From assembly GCA_947588205.1 (NCBI GenBank), contig CANPYG010000002.1:11427-75426 (forward strand): DNA of 64,000 bases, read 5' to 3'. Under the pieces are notes generated by a model. It had not been told where the DNA came from. It did no database searches and was given only the letters and a program-made list of their open reading frames with translations. Of this stretch, positions 49,946-60,077 are shown piece after piece. Numbering within the stretch: the stretch's first letter is position 1; the number at the start of each line of letters is the position of its first letter. A program made the position numbers and the translations under genes. The stretch is from an uncultured Acetatifactor sp. Lineage in GTDB: Bacteria; Bacillota; Clostridia; Lachnospirales; Lachnospiraceae.

Positions 49946-50794
49946 TTACAGTTTTATCATCAATATTGTCAGGAAATAGATCATGGGAGCGGTTACGATC
50001 ATGCTGTCAAACCGATCCATGATTCCTCCATGACCGGGAATCAGCCTTCCATAATCCTTGATGTTATGATTGCGTTTAATTGCAGAAGCCGCCAGATCTC
50101 CCACCTGGCTCATCACTGCGCCTACCGCGCAGATAAACGCAATGATCCACTTCACGGTCTGATCCGGGAATGCGACCTCCACAAAAAAATGCCCATAAAG
50201 CACACCGATCAGAGCCGCTCCCAGCACTCCGCCGATACAGCCCTCCAATGACTTCTTGGGACTTAAAACAGGGAAAATCTTTCTTTTTCCGATGAGAATC
50301 CCCACAACATAGGCACAGGTATCACAGCCCCAGGAGCTGATCAGAATCATCCAGACAATATAAATGCCCCGGGGACACATTCTCGTCAGATAAACAAAGG
50401 AAAGCATAAGGGGCGCGTAGACAAAGGAAAAAAACGCTCCCACTACCTGCTCTGCGGTAAATTTCGGGAAGACGGCAACATAAAGGAACATCTCCGCCAT
50501 AAACACCCCGACAATGCACATCAGCAGCAACGTCGTATCGCCTGAAAAGAAAACCGCCGCATAATACGCCGCAATTCCCAGGAATCCGACAATTTCCAGC
50601 AAATTAAACGGACCATTTTTCCCGTCACCCGCACCCCTTGGCAGGGCAGCCACATTTAACGCCTTTGTCAGCTCCCTGTATGCGATCAGGGAAATTGCCA
50701 GAAGAATAACTGCAAGAACGGGGCCGCCCAGAATCAGGGCTGCAAGAGCGATGATAATCAAAATAATGCCACTTACCAATCGTGTTCCGAACAT
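49946..50794 (-). CDS. cdsA: Phosphatidate cytidylyltransferase
   Basis: SPKKSLEG, GDLAASAIKR and IPGHGGIMDRFDS motifs. Confidence 0.95.
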   Translation of the reverse strand: MFGTRLVSGIILIIIALAALILGGPVLAVILLAISLIAYRELTKALNVAALPRGAGDGKNGPFNLLEIVGFLGIAAYYAAVFFSGDTTLLLMCIVGVFMAEMFLYVAVFPKFTAEQVVGAFFSFVYAPLMLSFVYLTRMCPRGIYIVWMILISSWGCDTCAYVVGILIGKRKIFPVLSPKKSLEGCIGGVLGAALIGVLYGHFFVEVAFPDQTVKWIIAFICAVGAVMSQVGDLAASAIKRNHNIKDYGRLIPGHGGIMDRFDSMIVTAPMIYFLTILMIKL

Positions 50795-50798
50795 GAAG

Positions 50799-51518
50799 CT
50801 ATTCCTCCTTCAATGCGCCGTATCTTCTGTCTCTACGATTATATGCCTCCACGGCTTTGACCAATTCCTCTTTCGTAAAATCCGGCCACGCCACCGGCGT
50901 AAAATAAAACTCGGTATAAGCCAGCTGCCACAGCAGGAAATTAGAAATCCTCTGTTCATTGCAGGTACGGATCAACAGGTCAGGCTCCGGAAGGCCTGCC
51001 GTATCCAGGTGCCCGGCAATACAGGCCTCATCGATCTGATCCTCCGCAAGCTTTCCTTCCTTTACCTCATCCACGATCCGGCGCACGGCACGCACCATCT
51101 CGTCCCTGCCCCCGTAATTGATGGCAATCGTAAAATGGAGGCCATCATTATTCCTGGTAGCCTCCTCCAGTTCAGCAATCCTTGTCCGGATGTCCTCGTC
51201 AAGCCTGGACTTTTCCCCGATCACACGGACACACATTCTGTTCTTCTCCGCAGTCTTCAGGCAGGTCTTCATGTAATTGCGCAGAAGCTTCATCAGCGCA
51301 TCCACCTCATCCTGCGGTCTGTTCCAGTTCTCGGTGGAAAAAGCATACACTGTAAGATACTGAATCCCCATCCGGTACGCCTCTTCACAGATTGTCTCAA
51401 CTGTCTTCGCGCCCTGCACATGTCCATAGTTGCGGGGCATCCCCTTCGCCTTGGCCCAGCGGCCATTCCCGTCCAGAATGATCGCCACATGCCTGGGCAT
51501 TTTTAATTCATCACCCAT
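50799..51518 (-). CDS. uppS: Undecaprenyl diphosphate synthase
   Basis: HVAIILDGNGRWA, AFSTENWNR and RISNFLLWQ motifs. Confidence 0.97.
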   Translation of the reverse strand: MGDELKMPRHVAIILDGNGRWAKAKGMPRNYGHVQGAKTVETICEEAYRMGIQYLTVYAFSTENWNRPQDEVDALMKLLRNYMKTCLKTAEKNRMCVRVIGEKSRLDEDIRTRIAELEEATRNNDGLHFTIAINYGGRDEMVRAVRRIVDEVKEGKLAEDQIDEACIAGHLDTAGLPEPDLLIRTCNEQRISNFLLWQLAYTEFYFTPVAWPDFTKEELVKAVEAYNRRDRRYGALKEE

Positions 51519-51519
51519 A

Positions 51520-52071
51520 CTATACTGTCATAATCTCCTTCGACTTGCTCTCAATCAAAGCATCCACATCCTTAATATATTTATCCGTATGCTTCTGCAA
51601 GTCATCGCAAAGCTGCTTCACCTCGTCCTCCGAAACGTCCTGCTTGGTCAGCTTCTTGAACGCATCGTTACCGTCTCTTCTGATATTGCGGATCGCGACC
51701 TTGGCTTCCTCACCCTTCTTCCGCACATCCTTTACCAGGTTCTTTCTGCGCTCCTCAGTCAGCTCCGGGAACACCAGACGGATGGTGCTGCCGTCATTGG
51801 ACGGATTCAATCCCAGGTCAGACGCCATGATCGCCTTTTCAATCGCCTTGATCAGGGATCTGTCCCACGGAACGATCTGAATCATGCGGGCCTCCGGAAC
51901 ATTGATATTGCCCACCTGCTGAATCGGGGTGGGAACACCATAATAATCTACCCTCAGCTTGTCCAACACATGGGGATTGGCGCGCCCCGCACGGATTGTA
52001 GCATAATCTGCTGCCAGGAAATCTACCGTCTTCTTCATTTTGTCTTCGTACTGCTGTAACCTTGCGTCCAT
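51520..52071 (-). CDS. frr: Ribosome recycling factor
   Basis: IRAGRANP, PELTEERRK and AIRNIRRD motifs. Confidence 0.97.
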   Translation of the reverse strand: MDARLQQYEDKMKKTVDFLAADYATIRAGRANPHVLDKLRVDYYGVPTPIQQVGNINVPEARMIQIVPWDRSLIKAIEKAIMASDLGLNPSNDGSTIRLVFPELTEERRKNLVKDVRKKGEEAKVAIRNIRRDGNDAFKKLTKQDVSEDEVKQLCDDLQKHTDKYIKDVDALIESKSKEIMTV

Positions 52072-52206
52072 TATCTTCCCTCCATTTTTCTTTTCTTATT
52101 TTTTTTGCCCTTACCTTCCGAGCCCTCTGCCCTGCCTTCGCTCCCGCGCTTACAATGGGCATCCGCCCACGATACGCTCCTGCCTGCCCTGCGGCATCTG
52201 CTCCTG

Positions 52207-52905
52207 TCATCCTACGGTGACCTTCGTACCGTTAAACTTTCCCTTCACCGTATTAACAATGCTGTTCTCCTCGTTCAGACCGAATACCCACATCGGCATC
52301 CTGTTTTCCCTTGCCAGGATGGACGCCGTCATATCCACCACCTGGAGATTCTGCGCCACCACATCGTCAATGCTGATCTCATCATATTTCTTCGCTTCCG
52401 GATTCTTCGCCGGGTCACTGTCGTACACCCCGTCAATGGACTTCGCCAGAAGAATCACCTCCGCTTCCACTTCAACCGCACGGAGCACCACACCCGTATC
52501 CGTGGAAAAATAGGGATGTCCTGTTCCGCCTGCAAAAAAAACCACCTTGCCCTGCCCGAAGCACTCGTTTGCCCTGTCCTTGGAAAAAAGCTCCGTGAAT
52601 GCCCCGCATACGAAGGGAGTCAGCACACTGGTCTTCATGCCCACCGAGCGGAAAATCTCCGAAACATAGATGCAGTTCATCACTGTCGCCAGCATACCGA
52701 TCTGATCCGCCTTCGTGCGGTCGATATTCTCACTGGTCCGTCCGCGCCAGAAATTCCCGCCGCCTGTTACGATCCCGACCTGAATCCCATCGTCCACAAG
52801 CTCCTTCACCTGAAGCGCTACCTTCCTGACCGTCTCCTCGTCAAAGCCCATTTTCTTATCGCCTGCCAGGGCCTCGCCGCTCAGCTTTAATAAAATTCTC
52901 TTCAT
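52207..52905 (-). CDS. pyrH: Uridylate kinase
   Basis: LKLSGEAL, GGGNFWRG, GTGHPYFSTD and DGVYDSDP motifs. Confidence 0.97.
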   Translation of the reverse strand: MKRILLKLSGEALAGDKKMGFDEETVRKVALQVKELVDDGIQVGIVTGGGNFWRGRTSENIDRTKADQIGMLATVMNCIYVSEIFRSVGMKTSVLTPFVCGAFTELFSKDRANECFGQGKVVFFAGGTGHPYFSTDTGVVLRAVEVEAEVILLAKSIDGVYDSDPAKNPEAKKYDEISIDDVVAQNLQVVDMTASILARENRMPMWVFGLNEENSIVNTVKGKFNGTKVTVG

Positions 52906-52953
52906 GGCTGCCTCATCTCCGCATAAACTTATGATTTTTCTATCCTGTCATTT

Positions 52954-52982
52954 ATCATACCATGAAATGGATAAATTGACAA
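52954..52982 (-). promoter_or_regulatory. sigma-A promoter of the pyrH operon
   Basis: TTGTCA, 17 bp, TG-n-TATGAT. Confidence 0.65.
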
Positions 52983-53154
52983 TATTTCTGTTTTGAATCC
53001 TAAAAGATAATTTTTTAGAGTATCAATTTTTTAGGCGTCAAGTTTTAGGTTTTTTTGCTTGATTAGGTTGTTCAGTATTGACCATAAAAAAACGGACCGG
53101 GAATGCTTGACGTTAAAAAACATTCCCAATCCGGTTTCAAAAACTCTTTTTCTT

Positions 53155-53919
53155 CTATATTTTATCCGCCAGTCTCTTGAAATACTCTCCTAATGCCACC
53201 ACATCCGATCCGATATTCAGGAACTGATATCCCATGTCTGTCCGTTCTGCGATATTGTCTACAGACCCAACTGTTCCGGCAAATTTCCCATATTTCCTTG
53301 CCGCCGCCGCAACCTTCTCAAAACCTTTTCGGACCTCAGGATGGTTCATGTCACCGGAATGCCCAATACCATGGGAAAAATCCCCCGGTCCGAAAAACAG
53401 CATATCATACCCGGTTACCTTTGCAATCTCCTCAATCTGCTCCATTGCTTCCGGGTCTTCGATCTGAAATATGAGGAAGCGCTGGTCATTAGCCTGCCTG
53501 TTGTATTCTGCCTGATCCATATTACAATACCTTGCATCAGCATTTCCCCCATCTACCGGCCTGCGCCCCAGTGGATGAAATCTTGTCATATACACTACAC
53601 TTTTTGCATCCTCAGCGGACATGATATGGGGCACCATGATTCCCGCAGCATCCAGTTCCAGAGGACGGATGTAATCACTATAGGACCCCCTGGGAACACG
53701 GGTAAGGATATCGGTATCATATGCCTTAGCAGCGTAAATCTGGCTTTCCAGTACCGAATAATCGTTGGCAGTATGCTCCAAATCCACCCAGATGCACGGA
53801 AAACCCATCATAGAAGCGATTTCTATAACTCTGGGGTCTGTGCTGCTAACCTTTACGGAAAAAACTGTTTTTCCTTCCCGTAGGAGCTCCAATGTTTTAC
53901 TGCGACGCATATTCATCAT
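53155..53919 (-). CDS. HpcH/HpaI-family (pyruvate) aldolase
   Basis: DLEH, RVP, GIMVPH, QIED and FFGPGD motifs; GGAGG SD before ATG 53919. Confidence 0.9.
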   Translation of the reverse strand: MMNMRRSKTLELLREGKTVFSVKVSSTDPRVIEIASMMGFPCIWVDLEHTANDYSVLESQIYAAKAYDTDILTRVPRGSYSDYIRPLELDAAGIMVPHIMSAEDAKSVVYMTRFHPLGRRPVDGGNADARYCNMDQAEYNRQANDQRFLIFQIEDPEAMEQIEEIAKVTGYDMLFFGPGDFSHGIGHSGDMNHPEVRKGFEKVAAAARKYGKFAGTVGSVDNIAERTDMGYQFLNIGSDVVALGEYFKRLADKI

Positions 53920-53951
53920 AATTGCCCTCCGTTTTGTTTCTTCCATACCCA

Positions 53952-54833
53952 TCATTCATCCAGTTCCACACAAGTTCCCTGCAGCCCACTACAACGTTCC
54001 AGGAGCTCCCGCTCATCTGCCCGCGCCAACCATTTGCGGTGGTCAGATACCGGCAGGGTCTTTCCCACTTCCGGATATTCAAAGGCAAACCCTTCTGCAT
54101 AAGAAAAACGGACTCGCACCCCAAAGCTTCCATTCCATTGTTCCGTTGTTTTTTTTGCATAACCTTCTATATCATATTTTTGGCTTTTCATCATATGTAA
54201 GGCCTTCACCTTCTTATCCACCACATCGGTAACATCCACATAATAGCTTGCGTAAGCCGTTTTCCCGGAAGTATTGAGCACGGAAGCAGCAACATCATGC
54301 GGACACAGCATAAATGCCACCTGTGCAATACGGCAGGCCGGATTCCTGTCTCTAAAGCTGACACCATTGGCAGCTGTGATCGCCGACAATGTCAGCTGTC
54401 CTGTAACAGCATGATGATTGCTGAACATATCATATTGATATGGCCAGTGCGTGATCACCAGGTCAGGCTGGACCTCCCGTATAATCTTTGCAAGCCTGGA
54501 AATCATTTCAGGCGTCAACGTCAGAATTTCATCATCATAGTCCAAAAACCTGACATCAGTTATTCCAAATAATGCACAGGCAGATAACGCTTCTCCATAT
54601 TTAACTTTCTGCCGCTGTTTCAGGATTTCGTCAATTTCTTCCTTAGAATATTTATCAATGTCATGGCGAAACAAATCATACACAACTTCGTCATGGATGC
54701 GTAGTCCCTGTGTAATGGAAACGCAGACCACGGAATCTCCCTGCTCAATGTGATGCAGCAATGTGCCGCCGCAATGATCAAACATGTCGGCGGGATGACC
54801 GGCAACCACCAGTATTTTCAATGCGTCAGACAT
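53952..54833 (-). CDS. PIG-L/LmbE-fold Zn protein with an HxAD motif (GalB-like)
   Basis: VVAGHPADMFDHCGGT, REVQPDLVITH and YVDVTDVVDKK ... AEGF motifs. Confidence 0.8.
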   Translation of the reverse strand: MSDALKILVVAGHPADMFDHCGGTLLHHIEQGDSVVCVSITQGLRIHDEVVYDLFRHDIDKYSKEEIDEILKQRQKVKYGEALSACALFGITDVRFLDYDDEILTLTPEMISRLAKIIREVQPDLVITHWPYQYDMFSNHHAVTGQLTLSAITAANGVSFRDRNPACRIAQVAFMLCPHDVAASVLNTSGKTAYASYYVDVTDVVDKKVKALHMMKSQKYDIEGYAKKTTEQWNGSFGVRVRFSYAEGFAFEYPEVGKTLPVSDHRKWLARADERELLERCSGLQGTCVELDE

Positions 54834-54878
54834 AATTTACTCCTTTTTTGATTCAGATTATTTGCAAAATACATTACT

Positions 54879-55730
54879 TTATCCTTTCACCGCACCTGCA
54901 GTGGCTCCTTTAATAAAAAACTTCTGGCACAAAACAAACAGGACTGTCAGCGGCACTGTGGCAATCAGCGCCATGGCTAACTGAGCTGCCTTATTATTAT
55001 TCTGCAGTTGGGCAAAATAGGACATCCCGATCGGCAGCGTCCGCAAGCTCTTGCCAGAGATCATAATCGTCTGCCAAATGTAATCGTTAAAAGTGGAAAA
55101 AAAGGATAATATCCCTATTGTTCCTACTGTCGGAATGGACAAAGGAACAACAACCCGAAAGAACTTATCCACTTCACCACAGCCATCGATTTCCGCTGCA
55201 TCAAACAATTCTGACGGAAGACTGGAAATTGCCTGGCGGCTGAGGAATATGCCAAATGCCGGGGCAATAGATGTCAGCACAACACCCACCATAGTGTCCT
55301 GAAGATGCAGCTTATTTGCCACCAGATAATTGGGAATCATCAGTATCTGTTTCGGCATCATCATGGTTGCAATCACTATTGAAAAGAAAACAACTTTTCC
55401 ACGGAAGTTGATCTTGGCAAAAGAATAGCCTGCGCAAATGCTGATAAAAACCGTAGTGCATGCTACTGCAAAGCTAAGGATAAAACTGTTTCTCAGCCAT
55501 AAAAACACTTCGCTTTCCGCTAAAACCTTTTTCACATTGTTCAAAGTAAAATCCTTAAACGGTACCAGGTCAACCGGTGTCTGAATCAGTGAAAGGTTCG
55601 GCTTAAATGCACCCACAGCCATAATAAAAAGCGGTGCCATAACAATACAAACGACAATGACCATCCAAATGGTACTTGGTATGCTATATTTTTTTTTATG
55701 CGATTTCAAAATCAGACCCCCTTTTCCCAT
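54879..55730 (-). CDS. Carbohydrate-type ABC permease (MalG-like)
   Basis: EAA motif ELFDAAEIDG; FNDYIWQ. A TTG start at 55709 is also plausible. Confidence 0.93.
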   Translation of the reverse strand: MGKGGLILKSHKKKYSIPSTIWMVIVVCIVMAPLFIMAVGAFKPNLSLIQTPVDLVPFKDFTLNNVKKVLAESEVFLWLRNSFILSFAVACTTVFISICAGYSFAKINFRGKVVFFSIVIATMMMPKQILMIPNYLVANKLHLQDTMVGVVLTSIAPAFGIFLSRQAISSLPSELFDAAEIDGCGEVDKFFRVVVPLSIPTVGTIGILSFFSTFNDYIWQTIMISGKSLRTLPIGMSYFAQLQNNNKAAQLAMALIATVPLTVLFVLCQKFFIKGATAGAVKG

Positions 55731-55732
55731 AC

Positions 55733-56647
55733 TCAGTACTCGATTGCTTCCCGTTTTGTAACCTTGAACTGAATCACTGCAATGATCCCGGAAAGAATGA
55801 ACAACAGAACGCCGATTGCTGATGCATAACCAAACTGATTATTTCCAAATGCGCTGTTATAAATCAGCATCAGTAAGGTAGAACTTGCATAATTTGGCCC
55901 GCCCCCGGTCATCAGCTGCGGAATTACGAAAATTTGTAGTGCCCCAATGGAATTTGTAACCAGCACATAGGTAATTACCGATGACAAAAACGGTATTGTT
56001 ATGTACCTGAATTGCTGAAATTTTACCGCGCCGTCAAGTTCTGCCGCCTCGTAATAGGTTTGCGGGATAGAGTTTATTGCCGCGCAAAAAATAACCACGT
56101 TCTGCCCCATACAGCTAAATACAATCAGCAGTGAAATAACGGGAATGGAAATATTGGCATTATCAAAAAAAGAAAAACCGACAATCCCCAAATTGTCAAA
56201 TATCCGGCTAAACAGTCCGATATTAGGCCAGAATAAAAAGTTCCAGACAATGACTAACGCCACAGAGCAGGTAACATTAGGAAGGTAGATAAAGAGCTTT
56301 ACCAATACATTGACCTTGTTACCGTGGCTGCGCAGCGTATTGGCAATCCACAGTGGAACGGCCATCTGCAGCGGAATAACAATTACTGCGTACCTCGCTG
56401 TTCCTGCCAGGCTTCTCCAAAATGCATAATTACTAAATATTTTTTTGTAATTGGACAGTCCGTTAAAATCTATGCCGGACAATCTAAAATCCGTAAAAGA
56501 TACTAAAATGCCATAGAGAAGGGGGAACAGATAGAAGATACTAAAAATCAACAGCCAGGGGATTAGGAAAAAGTAGCCCCATTTTTCCTTTCGCCGTTGC
56601 CTTTCATTTCTATTATTTTTTTTATAAACAGATTGCGCCTTCCTTAT
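55733..56647 (-). CDS. Carbohydrate-type ABC permease (MalF-like), probable ATA start
   Basis: YYEAAELDGA motif. The frame extends past the ORF-track TTG (56551) through KWGYFFLIPW to ATA 56647, 8 nt after GGAGG. Confidence 0.85.
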   Translation of the reverse strand: MRKAQSVYKKNNRNERQRRKEKWGYFFLIPWLLIFSIFYLFPLLYGILVSFTDFRLSGIDFNGLSNYKKIFSNYAFWRSLAGTARYAVIVIPLQMAVPLWIANTLRSHGNKVNVLVKLFIYLPNVTCSVALVIVWNFLFWPNIGLFSRIFDNLGIVGFSFFDNANISIPVISLLIVFSCMGQNVVIFCAAINSIPQTYYEAAELDGAVKFQQFRYITIPFLSSVITYVLVTNSIGALQIFVIPQLMTGGGPNYASSTLLMLIYNSAFGNNQFGYASAIGVLLFILSGIIAVIQFKVTKREAIEY

Positions 56648-56671
56648 TTTCCACGCCTCCTATTCCTTTAA

Positions 56672-58069
56672 TTATTCTGTTGTAAGCGCAGCCGCTATCA
56701 CTTCATTACCCGTATTCTGCCAGTTTGCCAGCATCGTTTCAGCATCAATGTTCCCAACAAAGAAATCCTGTAGCTGCACATAGAAAGTTTCCCTGAAATC
56801 ACTCCACCAGGATTCACGAATACCAAAGCTACTGGTTGCACAGCGTCCGCCGTAATCGGCGCCTCTGGCCATAACAGAACTGATCTGCTCAGTATCATAT
56901 TCAATAATGCAGTCACTCATAACAGACAAGTTACCCCTAGTCCTGATCAGGTCTTCACGCAGCTGCGGAGTACTTACCAGGACTTCAATGGCCATGCGAG
57001 CCTCATTCTCGTGACCATTATTGCCAAATCCAACCACGCCGTCACTTCCCCAACTAACAGTTACCGGGGATTTTTCCCCCTGAAAAGTAGGCATTGCAAC
57101 AGCATCCACCTCAAACTCTGCACATGTACCTTCCTGCATGAGCTTATTCATCTGCGTCACTTTATTATAAGCCGAAGGATAAAAGAGCATATTCCCGGTA
57201 TAAAACATGGATTCTACATCTGTATCTACCAAGCTGGCACAACCACCTGGAACCAGTCCTTCATCAATCATAGTCTTAAAAACTTCCAGCACTTCCAGGG
57301 CAGCTTCCCGATTCCCATCATCGTTAATAACAGTAGCCGTCAATTCTTCATTCGTAATATTGGCGCCATTGCCTAAAAACCAACTGTAATACCATGCATC
57401 ACCAGACTTGGATCCTGCATATAATGAAGTGGGAATCACATCAGGTTTTGCAGCTTTTGCAGCGCGCAGCATATCCAGGAAATCTGTATAGGACCATGTT
57501 TCCATATCTTCCGGCAGCATGTCTGCAATGCCCAGTTCTTTTGCCAATGTCATATTTGTAACCAAACAATAAGGAGCTCCGTCTGAAATTGCAATATAAC
57601 GGTTTTGCCCATTTACAATACCATCCTTTTGTTCACTGTAAAAGCGGTCTTTATTCGCCTCCACAACTTGTGTCAGGTCGATCGTCAAATTTGCATGAAC
57701 CGCAGGCGCAATCCTGGAATATCCATCCAAATATAGATCTGGCGTGGTTCCAGTTGCACATGCGACAGCAAATTTTTCCGCGATCGCATCCGCTGTCAGT
57801 GCCTCGAACTCAATGGATATCCATGGATATTTTTCCGTCACTGCATTTCCCCAGGCTTCATAATAAGGGTCAATTCCGTCAATAGCCATATACCAAGCCG
57901 TCAGAACTACTTCCTTATGTTCCCCGCTGCCTGTCTGGGATTCCACTCCATCATCCTCCGCAGGCACTTTACTGCTGCCTTCGTTGCTGCCGTTTCCACC
58001 GCATGCACTAAGCACGGACATTGCTAAAACAGCAGCTAATAACAACATAAGCAACTTTTTCATAATCAT
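56672..58069 (-). CDS. ABC solute-binding lipoprotein (family 1)
   Basis: Lipobox LSAC; TPDLYLDG; AAAGGA SD before ATG 58069. Confidence 0.92.
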   Translation of the reverse strand: MIMKKLLMLLLAAVLAMSVLSACGGNGSNEGSSKVPAEDDGVESQTGSGEHKEVVLTAWYMAIDGIDPYYEAWGNAVTEKYPWISIEFEALTADAIAEKFAVACATGTTPDLYLDGYSRIAPAVHANLTIDLTQVVEANKDRFYSEQKDGIVNGQNRYIAISDGAPYCLVTNMTLAKELGIADMLPEDMETWSYTDFLDMLRAAKAAKPDVIPTSLYAGSKSGDAWYYSWFLGNGANITNEELTATVINDDGNREAALEVLEVFKTMIDEGLVPGGCASLVDTDVESMFYTGNMLFYPSAYNKVTQMNKLMQEGTCAEFEVDAVAMPTFQGEKSPVTVSWGSDGVVGFGNNGHENEARMAIEVLVSTPQLREDLIRTRGNLSVMSDCIIEYDTEQISSVMARGADYGGRCATSSFGIRESWWSDFRETFYVQLQDFFVGNIDAETMLANWQNTGNEVIAAALTTE

Positions 58070-58184
58070 ACCATCCTTTCCGTTCAGGCGTCCATCTCCG
58101 CTCTGAACATATTTGTTTTTGGTGTTTTTGTTACGCATTCATCTTATGATCAAACACTATTTTTTTCAATCCCGAATCTCCGCA

Positions 58185-58223
58185 AAAAAGTCCACTGCAG
58201 CTGTATAAAATAGTGGACTTTTT
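58185..58223. promoter_or_regulatory. 12-bp perfect inverted repeat between divergent promoters
   Basis: aaaaagtccact-N15-agtggacttttt. Confidence 0.6.
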
Positions 58224-58238
58224 CTATGATATCCGCAA

Positions 58239-58267
58239 TTGACGTTCTTCCATGTAAGGCTTATAAT
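58239..58267 (+). promoter_or_regulatory. Near-consensus sigma-A promoter of the two-component operon
   Basis: TTGACG, 17 bp, TATAAT. Confidence 0.8.
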
Positions 58268-58307
58268 GCTTATTATTAATATATTTTCGGGAAAGGAGGG
58301 GATTATA

Positions 58308-60077
58308 ATTAAAAAGCATTCATTTCGCTCTTTTTCTTTCCAATTGTTTGTGTGTATTTTTGCCACATCTTTTTCCCTTTTGCTGGTTGGTCTGGCAATT
58401 CTATATCATTTTTCTATCAATGCCACCACCAAAATCAACAATGAAATGATGGAGAAAAACCTGACCATCACTGCAGAAAATTTGGAAAATGTTTTTCATG
58501 AATGTAACCGTACCGCCCAAGTGGCATTCTCACCGGAAGATGCCCTATCCAATTTAAAGAAAAGCTACGGGTATCGTTCTGACACATACAACTCTATCCA
58601 ACACGCCCTGATCACCGCAGCTGTTTCCAATGCTTCGGTCGCTTACATTAGTCTGTGCGATGTTTGGGGAAATGTAATTTCCAGCGCTTCCTTACCAACC
58701 ACTAATATTCCTTACTCTGACATGGATGAGTGCCTTGCTTATCTGGATACTTTAACAGAGAGCTATGCCGGATATAGCCAGACATGGTATTTTCTTGCAT
58801 CGAACCCTTTACAGCCCTCTAAATACTGCATTATAAATATGCGCCAGATTACCCCATTGAACTCAACGGTTGACGGATCCCTTTTGCTCATTTCACTTTC
58901 AGAAAACCATATTTCTGCTATTTATGATTTTTTAGGAAAAGACAGCTATATCATGTCACAATTCGGCAAAATTATTTCCGCTGCAGACAAAACCCGAATC
59001 GGTACTTCTGTCGATAAAGCGGTCTATGATGCCGCAACCAAAACAACTCATAATTCACTGATACCGGCTGATAATGGCGAATATTATTACGCCATTTTTC
59101 TCCCCTCCATCGGGAGCTACCTGATTGTCAATTCTACCAACGAGGCGCTTAATACGGCCAATCTGCTTACCGCTACGATTGCTGTTGCCATCCTTTTGTT
59201 TGGTTTGCTTTTTTCTATGCTATGGGCAAATCATATTTCCTCGTCCATGACCAAGCCTTTGACGGAAACCAAAGCCTGCATTGAACAAGTTCGGAACGGG
59301 AATCTGAACATACGATGTAAGATCAAACGCCAGGATGAAATTGGTTATTTAGGGGAAAGCTTTAACCACATGATGGACAATCTCAATGACCAGATTCGAA
59401 AGAATAACGAACAACAGGCACTGGCAAAAGAAAATGAGCTCCGGCTGCTGCATTCCCAGATCAATCCCCACCTTCTGTATAATTCCCTGGATTCCGCCCT
59501 TTACCTTATGACCATTAACGACACAAAACGTTCCATTGAAATTCTGGAACAATTAAGTAATTTTTTCAAGCTTTCCCTGCAGCGGGGCAATAAACTTGTC
59601 ACCATCAGCAGTGCCCTTGCGCATGTGGATTCTTACTTAAAGCTGCAAAATCTATGTCGCATGAAAAATTTTCATCTGAACATAAAGGGTGATGAATCCT
59701 TATATCAAATGCCCATTATGCACATGCTTTTACAACCCATTGTGGAAAACAGCGTATTGCATGGATTTAACGACAATTTTACAGACGGAGAAATTTGGAT
59801 TTCACTGGAAAAAAAGGAATCTGATATTATAATTTGTATTACAGATAACGGGATGGGTATGGATGAACAGGAACTACTGGAAATCCGCCAGGTGTTCCAA
59901 TCCCCGCTCCCCCGGGGCAAGAGCTTCGGATTATGGAATATATCCCAGCGTATGAAAATGTATTATGGAACCTCCTGCTCAATATCCATTGACAGTGAAT
60001 TAGGGGAATATACTGCCGTCAGCTTACGTATTCCCTGCCGCCATCCAGAAAGAAACGAGGGTGATCCTTATGTATAA
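58308..60077 (+). CDS. YesM-like sensor histidine kinase (2 TM, HAMP, His_kinase), probable ATT/ATA start
   Basis: SQINPHLLYNSLD, LQPIVENSVLHG, DNGMGM and FGLWNI motifs; AGGAGG 58294-58299 precedes in-frame ATA 58305 and ATT 58308. Confidence 0.9.
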   Translation: MKKHSFRSFSFQLFVCIFATSFSLLLVGLAILYHFSINATTKINNEMMEKNLTITAENLENVFHECNRTAQVAFSPEDALSNLKKSYGYRSDTYNSIQHALITAAVSNASVAYISLCDVWGNVISSASLPTTNIPYSDMDECLAYLDTLTESYAGYSQTWYFLASNPLQPSKYCIINMRQITPLNSTVDGSLLLISLSENHISAIYDFLGKDSYIMSQFGKIISAADKTRIGTSVDKAVYDAATKTTHNSLIPADNGEYYYAIFLPSIGSYLIVNSTNEALNTANLLTATIAVAILLFGLLFSMLWANHISSSMTKPLTETKACIEQVRNGNLNIRCKIKRQDEIGYLGESFNHMMDNLNDQIRKNNEQQALAKENELRLLHSQINPHLLYNSLDSALYLMTINDTKRSIEILEQLSNFFKLSLQRGNKLVTISSALAHVDSYLKLQNLCRMKNFHLNIKGDESLYQMPIMHMLLQPIVENSVLHGFNDNFTDGEIWISLEKKESDIIICITDNGMGMDEQELLEIRQVFQSPLPRGKSFGLWNISQRMKMYYGTSCSISIDSELGEYTAVSLRIPCRHPERNEGDPYV

